Positions 17,934 to 29,344 of a DNA stretch of 64,000 nt are shown piece after piece. The position numbers were made by a program, and so were the translations under genes. The stretch covers positions 192,001 to 256,000 of the forward strand of contig CAWGMQ010000008.1 in the NCBI GenBank assembly GCA_963823665.1, in the 5' to 3' direction. The notes under the pieces were generated by a model. That model did not search any database and was not told where the DNA came from. It saw nothing but the letters and a program-made list of their open reading frames with translations. Within the stretch, counting starts at the first letter, position 1; every line of letters begins with the position of its first letter. This DNA comes from an uncultured Planctomycetota bacterium (GTDB lineage: Bacteria; Planctomycetota; Planctomycetia; Isosphaerales; Isosphaeraceae).

Positions 17934-19331
17934 ATGGGTGCTGCGCTCGTGCTTTGCGTCGTCCTGGGTCAATTACCGCAGGCCGAGGCCGATTCGACGT
18001 CGGCCGCACTGGTGCGGCAGCTCGGTGCTCCGCGTTTCGCCGATCGCCAGGCGGCAGCACTCGAGCTCGAGCGAATCGGCAGCCGCGCCTTGTCCGCCCT
18101 GCGCACTGCGCGGCTGTCACGCGACATGGAAATCAAAACCCGGGCCCAGACCTTGCTTGTGAAGATCGAGACGGCCCTGCTCACCCAGCCGACCTCCGTC
18201 CGACTCGATTTCGACGGCGCCACACTCTCGGACGTGGCGACGTCGCTCAACAGTCAGACCGGCTTCAAGATCACGCTCTATCCGCAAAACCTTCCCAGGT
18301 GGAAAAATCAGCGCGTCACCATCCGTCACGCCGAGAGTCAGACTTTCTGGAAGGCTCTCGACGAGCTCTGCGATGTTGCATCGCTCCAGTACAACCCGGG
18401 AATGCAAGGTTTTGCCGGTCACCAGGACCAGGTTTTCGCGCTCACCGAAGGAGTGATTCGAACGCTCACGCCGATTTCGGACCACGGTCCGTTCCGCGTA
18501 CGGCTGCTTGGGATCGATTATCAGCGACGGCTGACCTACCTGGCCGGTGGCAATGATCTGGGAGTTGTGCCGGCTCCTCCCCGTCCGGCGGTCCGGGCCG
18601 GCCAGGGCGCGCGCCGGGGTGCTCAGGCGCGGCTCAACCCGGTCACGGCGGTGCAGTTCGGCGCCCAGCTCGTGGTTGCCGCCGAGCCCCGGCTGGCGCT
18701 GGCCCCGCGCGGAGAGCCTCGACTCCAGGAAGCCGTCGATGACCACGGCAATTCCCTGATCCCTGCGGGCCGCCAATCGCATTCGCTCAATTTCCGCAGC
18801 TATTTCGGGGCGCCACTCGGGCCAGTCATGGAAACCCAGGTGCCGTTGCAACGGCCCACCGATCCCGGCGACACGATCAAGACGCTTCGCGGAACCATTC
18901 CGGTCAGCGTCTCCTCTCGTCGCCCCGGTCCCCTGATCGTTCCGCTCGAGAACAGCGTGGGCAAGACGTTCGAGAATTCCGACACCGAATTGACCATTCA
19001 CAGCGTCCGGGCACTGCCTGACTCGCGGCAAACGCTGGTGGAGCTTTCGATCAAAGCCAATGGCCCGGATTCACCATCGAGCGCCGAAGCCGAGACTTAC
19101 AGCTCATTATTCCCTCGCAGCGGCCAGGAGCAGCTTCAAATCGACGTGCTCGACTCGAGTGACCGCGTCATGCCGTGGTTTCAATCGATCGCCGACGCCG
19201 AGAACTCACGGGTCACTCTGACGGTCACCAGTTCGCTCCGATCTGCGGCGCCCAAGGAGCTGCGCTACTATTCCGTGGCCCGCACCGACATCGAAATCCC
19301 GTTCGAGTTTTCCGGCATTCCCATGCCGTGA
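17934..19331 (+). CDS. Secreted hypothetical protein (planctomycete type)
   Basis: Signal peptide MGAALVLCVVLGQ, HEAT-like LVRQLGAPRFADRQAA, ending FEFSGIPMP. Confidence 0.75.
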   Translation: MGAALVLCVVLGQLPQAEADSTSAALVRQLGAPRFADRQAAALELERIGSRALSALRTARLSRDMEIKTRAQTLLVKIETALLTQPTSVRLDFDGATLSDVATSLNSQTGFKITLYPQNLPRWKNQRVTIRHAESQTFWKALDELCDVASLQYNPGMQGFAGHQDQVFALTEGVIRTLTPISDHGPFRVRLLGIDYQRRLTYLAGGNDLGVVPAPPRPAVRAGQGARRGAQARLNPVTAVQFGAQLVVAAEPRLALAPRGEPRLQEAVDDHGNSLIPAGRQSHSLNFRSYFGAPLGPVMETQVPLQRPTDPGDTIKTLRGTIPVSVSSRRPGPLIVPLENSVGKTFENSDTELTIHSVRALPDSRQTLVELSIKANGPDSPSSAEAETYSSLFPRSGQEQLQIDVLDSSDRVMPWFQSIADAENSRVTLTVTSSLRSAAPKELRYYSVARTDIEIPFEFSGIPMP

Positions 19332-19344
19332 GACGCCCTGGCGG

Positions 19345-20580
19345 TCACTCAATGAGCGCCAGGTTGTCGCGGTGGACGACCTCGTCGTAGGCCGCCACGC
19401 CGAGCGCATCGCGGGCCTCGTGGGTGCGAAGGCCCTGGATGCGCTGGGCATCGGAAGTCGCGTAGTTCGTGAGCCCGCGTGCGAATTCGCAGCCTGAGCG
19501 GTCGCGAATGCCGATGACGTCACCCTTTTCGAAATCACCCACGACTTCGACAATGCCGATCGCCAGCAGGCTCCTCGAGCTTGACTCAAGCGCCTACGCG
19601 CGCCATCGTCGACAACGTAGTAACCTCTCGGCCGCGCCGTCAGCCCGATCCAGCGCTTGCGGGCTTTATGCCGCGCGCCATGAGCCATGAACAGTGTCCC
19701 CACAGGCTCTCCGGAAAGTATCCGCGTGAGCGGCTCTCTCTGCGTCCCCGACGCGATGATGACCGAGCCGCCGGCCTGGGTCACCCGCCGGGCCGCTATC
19801 AGCTTGCTTTGCATTCCGCCTGTGCCCAGGGTGCTGCGTTCACTGGCGGCAAGCGAGAGCACCTGTTCGTCGATTTGAGACACGAGCGGCACGAGCTCAC
19901 CGGGGCCCTGACCATCTCCCATCGCACGGTAGAGCCCATCCACGACGCTCAAGATCACGAGCAACGGCGCCTGGAGCAGGTTGGTGACCATCGCCGCCAA
20001 CTGGTCATTATCGCCGAGCTTCATTTCATCGACGCTGATGGTATCGTTCTCGTTGATGATCGGCACTGCGTCGCATTCGAACAGGGCATGAAGGGTGTTT
20101 CTCACGTTCAGGTAGCGTGGGCGGCTGTCGAAATCTTCGTGCGTCAAAAGTATTTGCGCCGCGTGGCGACGATGCCGGCGCAGCCCTTCGTCGTAAGCAC
20201 GAATCAAAAACGCCTGGCCGACCGCGGCGGCCGCCTGAAGCTGGCGCAGGTTTTCGGGCCGGCGCTTCCAGCCGAGCTGGCCCATTCCCGCCCCGACCGC
20301 GCCCGAGCTGCACCAGCGCCACCTTCCGGCCCTGGTCCATCACGAGGCTGATCTGCTCGGCGAGATGCCCTACTCGGTCCGGGTCAAGCGTGCCGTCAGC
20401 GCCCGTGAGCACGCTCGTGCCGACTTTCACAACCCAGGTTTGAGCCGAGAGCACGACTTCGTCTCTGACCAGGTCACGAACGGGCAAGGGCCCTGCACCA
20501 CGCGCGCCCGCTGCTGCGGAATCCGCTGTTTCGCGGGCGGTGGACGTCCCGTCAGGTCGATCGTCTTGGTCGGGATTCAC
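19345..20580 (-). CDS. proB: Glutamate 5-kinase with PUA domain, two frameshifts (~20310 and ~19594)
   Basis: VVKVGTSVLT, QAAAAVGQ, PIINENDT, GDNDQL, GTGGMQSK, EFARGLTNY...EVVHRDNL spread over three frames. Confidence 0.92.
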
Positions 20581-20804
20581 GGGCTACATTCCGAAACCGA
20601 AGGAGCGTAACGCTTTATGGTGGTAGATTGGGCTGGATCGAGCCGTGCATCGCTCTGGGCGGCGATCGTGAAGGTTGTCGGTAGATACCGCCGACATTAT
20701 AATGCTTCGTCGCCGGGGGCAAAGGCTGTCTAGGGTGGGTTCGACCGGCGCTGGAATTGAATTTTCGGACTCGAGCTGCAACTTTAACGGGGTGGAACGA
20801 GCCG

Positions 20805-22406
20805 ATGGGTGAGCTTCACCACGAATGCGGCGTCGCTGCCGTCTACCACGCCGCGGGCTCCACGGTATCCTCGCTGGCACCGATCGCGGGCGATGTAAAC
20901 AGTGTGGCCAGGCTCGTGCCGCGAATGCTTCTGGACATGCAGAACCGCGGCCAGCTCGCCGCCGGCATGAGCAGTTTTCGACCGGACCGCAGTGCGCTCA
21001 TCAAGACCCACAAGGAGGTGGGCACGGTTGCGGAAGCGTTTCGCCTGAATCATCGCCGGGAGTTCGAGGCCATCATGGAGGGGGTCGACGGTCCGCTCGC
21101 GATCGGTCACGTGCGATACGCAACCTGCGGTGGCAACGATCGTTCCGATGCGCAGCCGTTCGAGCGAGACCATGGCCGCAAGACGAAGTGGTTTGCCTTC
21201 GCGTTCAACGGCCAGCTTGCCAACTACGAGGCGCTCAAGAAGTCGCTGCTGGCCAAGGGCGACTACCACCTCAAGCGAAATACCGACACCGAAATCATCA
21301 TGCACTCGCTCGCGTACGAGTTGCAGACCGAGGACCAGGATCCGGACTGGGCCGGCGTGTTCGGACGGATCTCGGAACGCTTCGACGGTGCCTACAACAT
21401 CGTGTTGATCACCGCTTACGGCGAGCTGGTGGTCGTGCGCGACCCCCTCGGCATTCGACCGCTTTGCGTGGCCGAGCATGGACCGCTTTTCGGCGCCGCG
21501 AGCGAGAGCGTGCCGCTCGCCAACCTGGGTTTCCGCAACATCCGCTCGCTCGAGCCCGGCACGCTCGCCGTCGCCGGGCCGGGTGGCGTGCGCATCGAAC
21601 GCTTCGCTCCATCGCCGAGCCAGGCCCACTGCTTCTTCGAATGGATCTATTTCGCGAATGTCGCCAGCACCCTCGACGATCGCTCGGTTTATCTGAGTCG
21701 GTCGGCATTAGGAAAGGAGCTGGCGCAGCTCGAAGATATTCCGCTGGACGGCGACACCATCGTCGTTCCCGTGCCCGATACGGCCAAGGCCGCGGCCGAC
21801 GCCATGGCCTTTGCGCTGGGCGTTCCCTCCGTCGAAGGTTTGATGAGGAACCGCTACGTAGGCCGCACGTTCATCGAAGGGACGGCCGATCGCGCCTCCA
21901 AAGCCAAGCTCAAGTACACGCCGCTGCCGGAAGTGCTCGCCGGCAAGCGAGTTCTCCTGGTCGAAGACAGCATCGTGCGCTCCACCACGATGCGCGCGCT
22001 CGTGCACGAGATTCGCGATCGCGGCCAGGCCCGGGAGATTCATCTCCGCGTTGCCTGCCCGCCGATCATCGCGCCGTGCTATTACGGGATCGACATGTCT
22101 CGCAAGGCCGAGCTCTTCGCGACTCCGTTTATCGATCACCCAGGCGAATGCGTGTCGGCCGCGGCGCAAGCGCGAATGGCCAGGGAGCTAGGCGCCGATA
22201 GCCTGCGCTATCTGCCCGTGGAAGCCATCGCTCGCTCTGTCGACCTTGAGGGCGACCGCCTCTGCCGCGCCTGCATCACCGGTCGTTACCCCACCGAAAC
22301 CGGTCAGGTCCTTTACCAGCTCGAGAACGGCAACCCGCCGGAAGGCAATGGCGCGAACGGTAATCGGGCGTATGAGCCCGTCCAGAAAGCGATCCTCCCA
22401 CAATAG
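20805..22406 (+). CDS. purF: Amidophosphoribosyltransferase
   Basis: ECGV N-terminal Cys, [32 protein letters not shown]. Confidence 0.96.
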   Translation: MGELHHECGVAAVYHAAGSTVSSLAPIAGDVNSVARLVPRMLLDMQNRGQLAAGMSSFRPDRSALIKTHKEVGTVAEAFRLNHRREFEAIMEGVDGPLAIGHVRYATCGGNDRSDAQPFERDHGRKTKWFAFAFNGQLANYEALKKSLLAKGDYHLKRNTDTEIIMHSLAYELQTEDQDPDWAGVFGRISERFDGAYNIVLITAYGELVVVRDPLGIRPLCVAEHGPLFGAASESVPLANLGFRNIRSLEPGTLAVAGPGGVRIERFAPSPSQAHCFFEWIYFANVASTLDDRSVYLSRSALGKELAQLEDIPLDGDTIVVPVPDTAKAAADAMAFALGVPSVEGLMRNRYVGRTFIEGTADRASKAKLKYTPLPEVLAGKRVLLVEDSIVRSTTMRALVHEIRDRGQAREIHLRVACPPIIAPCYYGIDMSRKAELFATPFIDHPGECVSAAAQARMARELGADSLRYLPVEAIARSVDLEGDRLCRACITGRYPTETGQVLYQLENGNPPEGNGANGNRAYEPVQKAILPQ

Positions 22407-22439
22407 CGACGGCCAGGCGATGGCCGGTCCCGGACTGGC

Positions 22440-23075
22440 CTATCGCATTACAAACCGTGCCTGGTAGATCGGCCGGCCTTCGAGCCGGTACTTCCGCTCG
22501 AAGTGCGTGAGGTAATCGAGCGTGTGCGCAGGCTCCGCCGGGGCCGGCGGCTCCTGTTCATGAAACCGCCCGCTCGCCGCGATCAAACCGCGGATCACGC
22601 CGAAATACTCCTCGACGTCACTCGCAACGGAAAGCAGCCCGCCGGGTTGCAGCGTGCGCTCAATTGCCCGAACCAGCTCGGCAGTGAAGACCCTTCGCTT
22701 CTTGTGGCGGGTCTTCCACCACGGGTCCGGAAAATACACATGCACGCCGAGGAGGCTTTGATCGGGAACGAGCCGCGCCATGATCAGTCGAGCGTCGCCG
22801 CACCAGACCTTGGCGTTTGGCAGTTCGTTGCGGGCGAGCCGCGCGGCGGTGTGAATGGCATACTTTCGCGAGAGCTCGATCCCAAGGTAGTTCACAGCAG
22901 GAAGAGATTTCGCCGCACTGACCAGGAAGAGACCCTTGCCTGAGCCGATTTCGAGCTCAACGGGATTCGCGTTGCCGAACAGGCCTGCACAATCGACAGG
23001 CGCTGCGAGCTCTGAGAGCCGCCCCGGGTCGATCAGATGGTTTGAAATGTCGATCGTGATTCGAGAACGTGGCAT
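22440..23075 (-). CDS. trmB: tRNA (guanine-N7)-methyltransferase
   Basis: [31 protein letters not shown]. Confidence 0.93.
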   Translation of the reverse strand: MPRSRITIDISNHLIDPGRLSELAAPVDCAGLFGNANPVELEIGSGKGLFLVSAAKSLPAVNYLGIELSRKYAIHTAARLARNELPNAKVWCGDARLIMARLVPDQSLLGVHVYFPDPWWKTRHKKRRVFTAELVRAIERTLQPGGLLSVASDVEEYFGVIRGLIAASGRFHEQEPPAPAEPAHTLDYLTHFERKYRLEGRPIYQARFVMR

Positions 23076-23125
23076 GGGACCAGGCCGGAAAAATCGTCAC
23101 AATCAGGAGGCCGCCGGGGGCCGGC

Positions 23126-23632
23126 TCATTCGGCAGCGTCGGACTCGCCCGCGGCGGTAAGATTGACGCCGATGATCTTGGCTTGAAAAACCATGTTGTT
23201 GCCGACGAACCCCTGAGTGTCGAACATCGGTTGACGGCGATGGAGCCGCGTCGCCTTCGAGACCAGCACGAGCCGATCGCCCGGGCGAACCTGACCGCGG
23301 AAACGAACCTCTTCCATGCCCCCGAAACCGACGAATCCCTTCTTCACCAGCTTGATGTGGCCGCACAGGAAGCTGCAAAGCTGCGCCGCCGCCTCGCACA
23401 TCAGCACGCCGGGCAAGAGCGGGTAGTCCGGCATGTGGCCGCGCACCCAGAACTCATCGCGCGCGACGTCCTTGTAGCCGACAACCAGCTTGTTCTCGGT
23501 ATCGATGAAGACGATTGCGGTGAGCTGAACCATCTCGAACCGCTGCGGATTGTGCCGCGCGATTCCCTCACGATCGACCAGAACGTGAGACGTGTCAACG
23601 GATGCGGGGTCGATCAAAGCCACAGGCGGCAT
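23126..23632 (-). CDS. 3-hydroxyacyl-ACP dehydratase (FabA/FabZ family)
   Basis: [34 protein letters not shown]. Confidence 0.88.
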   Translation of the reverse strand: MPPVALIDPASVDTSHVLVDREGIARHNPQRFEMVQLTAIVFIDTENKLVVGYKDVARDEFWVRGHMPDYPLLPGVLMCEAAAQLCSFLCGHIKLVKKGFVGFGGMEEVRFRGQVRPGDRLVLVSKATRLHRRQPMFDTQGFVGNNMVFQAKIIGVNLTAAGESDAAE

Positions 23633-23799
23633 GCGCGCGGGTCCTTTCTCTATCGCTCGACTGCTATCTTGACCTGCACTACAATGATCGACAAGTTCCT
23701 TTGCCAGGGCAACGGTCGCACCTGGAATTATATCCGACGCGACCGTTTCTTTCCGACCTGTTTGAAAGGCAGCGCGTGTCGCACCGGGCCCTGGGCACG

Positions 23800-24592
23800 A
23801 TGATCATCTACGGCTACGACCGCGTCGGTCTCGACGAGGAGCTCGACCTGGCCGCGAGCCTGGGCGCGGCCCTGCTCGAGATTCTACCGCTCTGGAACGC
23901 TCTGCCCGACCCGGGCGATCTCGCCCGGCGAGCGGCGCGTCGCGGGTTCTCGATCCATAGCGCCCACGGCGCCTGGGGCGGGCAGGCGATTCGTGCCCGT
24001 CGCGTTGACCTGGGCTCGACCGACGCGGTGACGCACGAGGAGTCAATTGACGACCTCAAGAGGTGCGTCGACTGGCTAGCCGCCGCCGGCGGGAAACACC
24101 TGGTCATTCATCCCGGAGGACTGTCTGACCCGGACGAGCAGGACCGCCGCCGCGCGGCCCTGGCGCGCGGACTGCTCCGCCTGGCCGATCACGCATGCGG
24201 GCCGGGTGTGCTCGTGTGCGTCGAGAACATGCCCCCGGGCGTGCATCCCGGCAGCCGGATGACCGATCTGGCCGCGCTCCTCCATGAGCTGGCACATCCG
24301 CAGCTCGCGCTTGCACTCGATACCGGCCATGCGAACCTGGGAGAAGGCCTGGCGCCACGAAACTCGCGCAGCCGGCACGCTGCTGGCCACAACCCACGTC
24401 CACGATAATGACGGCCGCCAAGACACTCACCTCCCGCCCGGCCATGGCACGATCGACTGGGCCGAATGGGGGAACGCTCTCGATTCCATCCGCTACTCCG
24501 GCCCAATTGTCCTGGAATGCATCAAGCGTCTGCGAGAAGACCCTGGAAGTTATCGTCCCGCCGCGCTGGCCGGCGTTTCGAGCCCTGCGTGA
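23800..24592 (+). CDS. Sugar phosphate isomerase/epimerase TIM barrel, frameshift near 24355
   Basis: VIHPG, CVENMP, LDTGHAN, then THVHDNDGRQDTHLPPGHGTIDW in another frame. Confidence 0.85.
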
Positions 24593-24678
24593 AAACCCAG
24601 GGTGTTCTTGCGGCAAACCGAGGGTTGGGATATCGTCTCCGGCCCGTTCCAGAGCGATTGAGCCCGGAAGGACCTCCT

Positions 24679-25320
24679 ATGCGCAAATGGCTATTCACCG
24701 CGGTGGCTGCTTTGCTGCTCCCGTCTTTCCCGCAATCGCTCCAGGCCAGCCCCATCACGTTCGCGTTCACCGGAACGCTCCTCGAGCCGGTGAATGGGTC
24801 CAGCTCGTTCAGTGGATTCTTCACGGTCGAGTCGAACCCGAACCCACCGCCCGGAATCACCTCGGTCACACAACAAGGAGCGGATGTCTCAGCCACGCTG
24901 AACATCGGCGGACAAGTGATCAACTACGCCAATACGACGCCGGATTCGCTGTTCGTGCAAGCGATGGTGAATGCTCAACCCGGACTCCCGATCTTGAACG
25001 GACCGAATGTCTCGACGACCGAGTTCGGGCTATTCGGAGGAGACAGCACGGGACCAAACCGGTTTGATATTACGCTTTATAATCCAGGAGTGAACGATTG
25101 GCTCACAAACCTCGCCACCCTGTCTCTGCCTGCAATTCATAGCGATTCCTTTTTCTTCTCCAACGCTTCTGGAGATCCTGACGACGTCGGGTCAATCACG
25201 TCCCTCACGTTGGTTCCCGCTCCCGAGCCCGCCATGATCGTGGTCTATCTCGCGATCCTTGCCGGCCTGGGATTGCGGTTCGGTGCGCGAGCGTGGCGAC
25301 CACGTCCCCAACACGATTAG
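24679..25320 (+). CDS. PEP-CTERM-type exported protein
   Basis: Signal peptide ending QASPITFAFTG; C-terminal APEPAMIVVYLAILAGLGLR plus a basic tail. Confidence 0.8.
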   Translation: MRKWLFTAVAALLLPSFPQSLQASPITFAFTGTLLEPVNGSSSFSGFFTVESNPNPPPGITSVTQQGADVSATLNIGGQVINYANTTPDSLFVQAMVNAQPGLPILNGPNVSTTEFGLFGGDSTGPNRFDITLYNPGVNDWLTNLATLSLPAIHSDSFFFSNASGDPDDVGSITSLTLVPAPEPAMIVVYLAILAGLGLRFGARAWRPRPQHD

Positions 25321-25538
25321 ATCGCCCTCCCGTCGATCCCAGACTCTGAACCGATTGTAAGGATCACGCGGTTCCTACGAGCATTCGCCGCCGCCGCGCG
25401 GCCTCACCGGCCGATGGAAACCTCTTTCCCAGGCCGATAGGAACATGTCGGAGTGCGCAGCGGGGGGCTCGCCCAGGCGATGGATCCCCCGGGCGGGTTG
25501 ATCCCGCGCGTCGTACCGGCCAGGAGGGAGCCCCCAAC

Positions 25539-27408
25539 GTGTCACCCAAGGTAAACCGCCGCGAGCTCCTCGCCGGTGGTGGCGTTCTGAGCGCGGCCGC
25601 GGCGATCACCGCCCTCGCCCCCCAGGCACAATCCGGCGTCGAGCCTCGGCCGCTATACCCGGCGCGACGGCGTCCACGGCAAGATGACCGGAGCGCAAGC
25701 GGCGGCCGCGGCGATCTGGTGCCAGGGAGTTCCTTGCGTCTTCGGCATCCCAGGCGCGCAGAACAACGAACTCTGGGATGCCCTCAAAGCCAAGGGCGTG
25801 CCGTATCTCTTGGTGACACACGAGGCTTCCGCCAGCGTGATGGCCGATGCCGCTGCGCGGGCCACCGGAACGGTCGGAGTCTTCACCGTCGTGCCGGGCC
25901 CCGGTTTGACCAACGCCCTGACCGGCATCGGTGAGGCCCTCTACGACGGCATCCCGATCGTCGCCCTGGTCAGCGACATCGATCGTTCGCCCCACGCCAA
26001 GATCGGCCAGGTTCATGGGCTGGCGAACGCCGCGATCCTCCGCCCGGTCGTCAAAGGGCTCTTCGAAGTCCGCCATCAGGCGGAGATCCCGCAAGCGATT
26101 TTCCAGGCCTTCCAGATCGCCATCTCCGGTGAGCCGGGGCCGGTCGGCGTGGTCATCCCGTATCCCCTTTTCACAGAGGTCTGGAACTACAGCTTGCCTG
26201 TGCCGCCCCCATGCCCGCCTCCGTTCGATGAGCAAGCCTACCGCCGCGCACTGTCGCACTTGAGCGATCGCCGCCGCCGTGTGGGCATCTACGCAGGGTT
26301 GGGCTGCGTCGACGCCGGGCCGTCCCTGGCGGCCGTCGCCGAGCTGTTGCAGGCGCCCGTGGCCACGTCGGTCAGCGGTAAAGGAACTTTGCCGGATCAT
26401 CACCCTCTGGCCGTCGGCTGGGGCTACGGCAAGCAAGGCACCCGCGCGGCCGAGGCCGCGTTCAAGGAGGTCGACCTGGTTCTGGCCATCGGCGTTCGCT
26501 TCAGCGAGGTTTCGACGGCCAACTATGCCATCCCCCAGCACGACCTGTTGATCCACGTTGACGTGAACCAGCAGAATCTCGGCCGGAATGTCCCTGCCCA
26601 CGTCGCCGTCTGGTCCGACTCGCGAGTGTTCCTCGACCGGCTCCTCGCCGACGGCGAGGCAATCCGCCGCCCTCCATGCCCGCAACTCTGGCAGCACATT
26701 CAAGACCTGCGCCGGGTTGACCGCTGCGAGGCGGCCACGGTGCGAATCGCCCAGGCCGTCGACCCGATGTTCTTCCTGAGCCAGTTGCGTGCGGCACTCG
26801 GCCCGGACGAATTGATCTTCGTGGACGTGACAGCCGCCACCCACTGGGCATCGGAAACCGTTGAAGTGCCGGGCCCGCGCCGCTACTTCACGCCGGCCGA
26901 CAACCAGAGCATGGGCTGGGCCGTCCCCGCGGCCATCGGTGCCCAGCGCGTGCGGCCCGATCGCCAGGTCGTCTGCGTGACGGGCGACGGCTGCTTTCTG
27001 ATGTCGGCCATCGAAACCTCCACCGCCGCCCGCGCCGGGCTGCCCGTCAAGTTCTTCGTGCTCGACGACGGTGCCTATCACTACATGCAGATGCTCCAGG
27101 AACCGGTCTACCGGCGCACCACCGCGACCGAGATCGCCCGCATCGACTTCGCCGCGTTCGCCGCGGCCATGGGTCTGGCGTTCAATCAAATCACGGACAA
27201 TGCCGATGCGCTGGGCGGAGTTCAACGAGCACTCGCGACCCCCGGCCCCGTGCTCACCCGCGTCGTCGTGAGCTACGAAGGACGCGAGTTGAGGTGGCTC
27301 AATGCCCTTCGCGCACAATACGTTCGTAAACTCCCAAACTCTCAGAAAGTACGCCTCGCCGCACGCATCGGCGTGCGAGCGCTCGACCGGCAATCAGACA
27401 GTGATTGA
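25539..27408 (+). CDS. Thiamine diphosphate-dependent enzyme (acetolactate synthase-like) with a Tat-like leader in a shifted frame (~25660)
   Basis: VFGIPG, THEASA, PGPGLTN, GDGCFLM. The upstream frame gives MSPKVNRRELLAGGGVLSAAAA. Confidence 0.85.
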
Positions 27409-27568
27409 TGCATAGGAAATGTGGTCAAACTCGGCAAAGTAGGTTGATTGCGATCTTGGGGTGTTGATCTTCCGCGATGTGCGGGTTGGCCGTAAGATGC
27501 CGGCCCGAAGTGGATGGATCCGCTCGGCCGGTCGGCGAAACGCGGCACGGATGGGAATCCTGCAAGGC

Positions 27569-28429
27569 ATGGAAGTCAGATCGACTGCGAAATTCCCGCA
27601 TACCGAGTTCTTTCCGCCACCGCCGGCGCCGCGCGGGCCGGTCCGCTGGATCGCGTCCTTGCGCGAGGATCACCAGGACCTCGTCCGGTTCTGGCCGGTC
27701 GTGCAGAACATGGTCGTGCAGGAGCTGCGGGTCCGCTATCAGCGCTCGTTTCTGGGCTTCGTGTGGACGCTGCTCAACCCGATCTTGATGATGGCGATCC
27801 TGTCCTGGGTGTTCGGTCACATCATGCATCAGGTTCCAAACTACTCGCTCTTCCTGTTCGCGGGCATGGTTCCCTGGAGTTTCTTGAGCATCAGCTTGAA
27901 TGACTGTGCGTTCTCGATCATCAACAACGAAGGGCTGATCCGGAAGATCTATCTGCCCAAGCTCGTCTTTCCTCTGGTCCGCGTGCTGATTGCGCTGGTG
28001 ACGTTCGTTCTCTCGCTCGCTGCGTTGTTCGTGCTCTTGGTTCCTCTGGGCGCCAGGCCGTCGTTTGCGCTGTTATTTCTGCCCGTGGCAATTGCGCTCC
28101 TGGGGATGTTTGCTCTCGGGCTGGGCTTGATCGTGGCGACGCTCAACACGTTTTATCGCGACTGCGGCCATTTGATCGCCGTCGTGCTCCAAGCCTGGTA
28201 TTTCGCGACGCCGATTCTCTTTCCGATTGACCAGTTCAAGGATGCGCAGTGGCGGCTTCGGCTCAACCCGGCGTTTTACTTTATCGAGATCTTTCACGAC
28301 ATCCTCTATGCGGGGCAGTTGCCCCGGATGTCTCTGGTCGCGACCGCCGCGCTCGTCGCGGCGTTGAGCGTGGGAATCGGATATGCCGTCTTCAAGTCTC
28401 AAGAACACAAGATGGTCTTTCGACTCTGA
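27569..28429 (+). CDS. ABC-2 polysaccharide export permease (Wzm-like)
   Basis: ELRVRYQRSFLGFVWTLLNP, LIRKIYLP, YFATPILFP. Confidence 0.9.
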   Translation: MEVRSTAKFPHTEFFPPPPAPRGPVRWIASLREDHQDLVRFWPVVQNMVVQELRVRYQRSFLGFVWTLLNPILMMAILSWVFGHIMHQVPNYSLFLFAGMVPWSFLSISLNDCAFSIINNEGLIRKIYLPKLVFPLVRVLIALVTFVLSLAALFVLLVPLGARPSFALLFLPVAIALLGMFALGLGLIVATLNTFYRDCGHLIAVVLQAWYFATPILFPIDQFKDAQWRLRLNPAFYFIEIFHDILYAGQLPRMSLVATAALVAALSVGIGYAVFKSQEHKMVFRL

Positions 28430-28436
28430 CCGGCGG

Positions 28437-29237
28437 GTGGCGCCCGAGTCGGAGACCTGGGTTCGGTCGGCACTGATCGAGCTCAACAACGTCTCGCTCC
28501 GGTTCGTCAATTACGCCGACAAGCAATACTCGCTCAAACGAGCCGTGCTCGACATGGTGCTGCGCCGCGAGGCGCCCGTGCCGGCGGCGGAATTCTGGGC
28601 CCTTTCGCGCATCAGCTTGAAGATCGGCCAGGGCGAGCGCGTAGGAGTCGTCGGCGGCAATGGCGCCGGCAAGAGCACCCTGCTGCGGATGCTCGCCAGG
28701 ATTTACCCACCCACTCTCGGTCAAGTATCGATTCACGGCACTGTGGCTCCGCTCATCGAGATGGGAGCGGGCTTCAATCCCGAGCTAAGCGGCAAGGACA
28801 ACATCATCCTGAACGGCGCGATGCTCGGCTTCAGCCGCAGCCGGATGCTCGGCATGATGGAAAAGATTCACGAGTTCACCGGTCTGGCCGAATTCGCCGA
28901 GATGCCGCTCAAGTATTATTCCAGCGGAATGTACATGCGGCTGGCCTTCGCGATCGCGACCGAGGTTGACCCCGATATTCTCTTGATCGACGAATCGCTA
29001 GGTGTGGGCGACGCGGCGTTCAAAGACAAGGCGAAGGCCCGCCTGCGGCGGTTGTTCGAGCGAACGAAGGCGGTGGTTCTCGTTTCTCACGAGATGGATG
29101 CGCTCCGCGAGCTCTGCACCCGCGGCCTCTGGATCGAGCACGGCCATCTCGTGGCCGACGGTCCGATCAACGAGATCATCGACCGTTACCTCGAAGCCGT
29201 GGCGGCGCGAGCCGCGCCGGTGGCACCCCCGGCGTGA
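28437..29237 (+). CDS. ABC transporter ATP-binding protein (Wzt-like)
   Basis: GGNGAGKST, YSSGMYMRLAF, LLIDESLGVGD. Confidence 0.92.
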   Translation: MAPESETWVRSALIELNNVSLRFVNYADKQYSLKRAVLDMVLRREAPVPAAEFWALSRISLKIGQGERVGVVGGNGAGKSTLLRMLARIYPPTLGQVSIHGTVAPLIEMGAGFNPELSGKDNIILNGAMLGFSRSRMLGMMEKIHEFTGLAEFAEMPLKYYSSGMYMRLAFAIATEVDPDILLIDESLGVGDAAFKDKAKARLRRLFERTKAVVLVSHEMDALRELCTRGLWIEHGHLVADGPINEIIDRYLEAVAARAAPVAPPA

Positions 29238-29344
29238 CTGGCCCATTCGGCATTGACCGCAACGCCCGTGTGCGTCATCATTCGCCACCGATCGCTGCCG
29301 GGGCCGTTGCGCCCTTTCATCGTGGGTTAATGGAGTGACCCGCC

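Noticed and set aside
19345..20580. Programmed frameshifting or true pseudogenisation of proB
   Set aside because: No slippery motif is evident and similar indels are scattered across unrelated genes, so sequence error is more likely.
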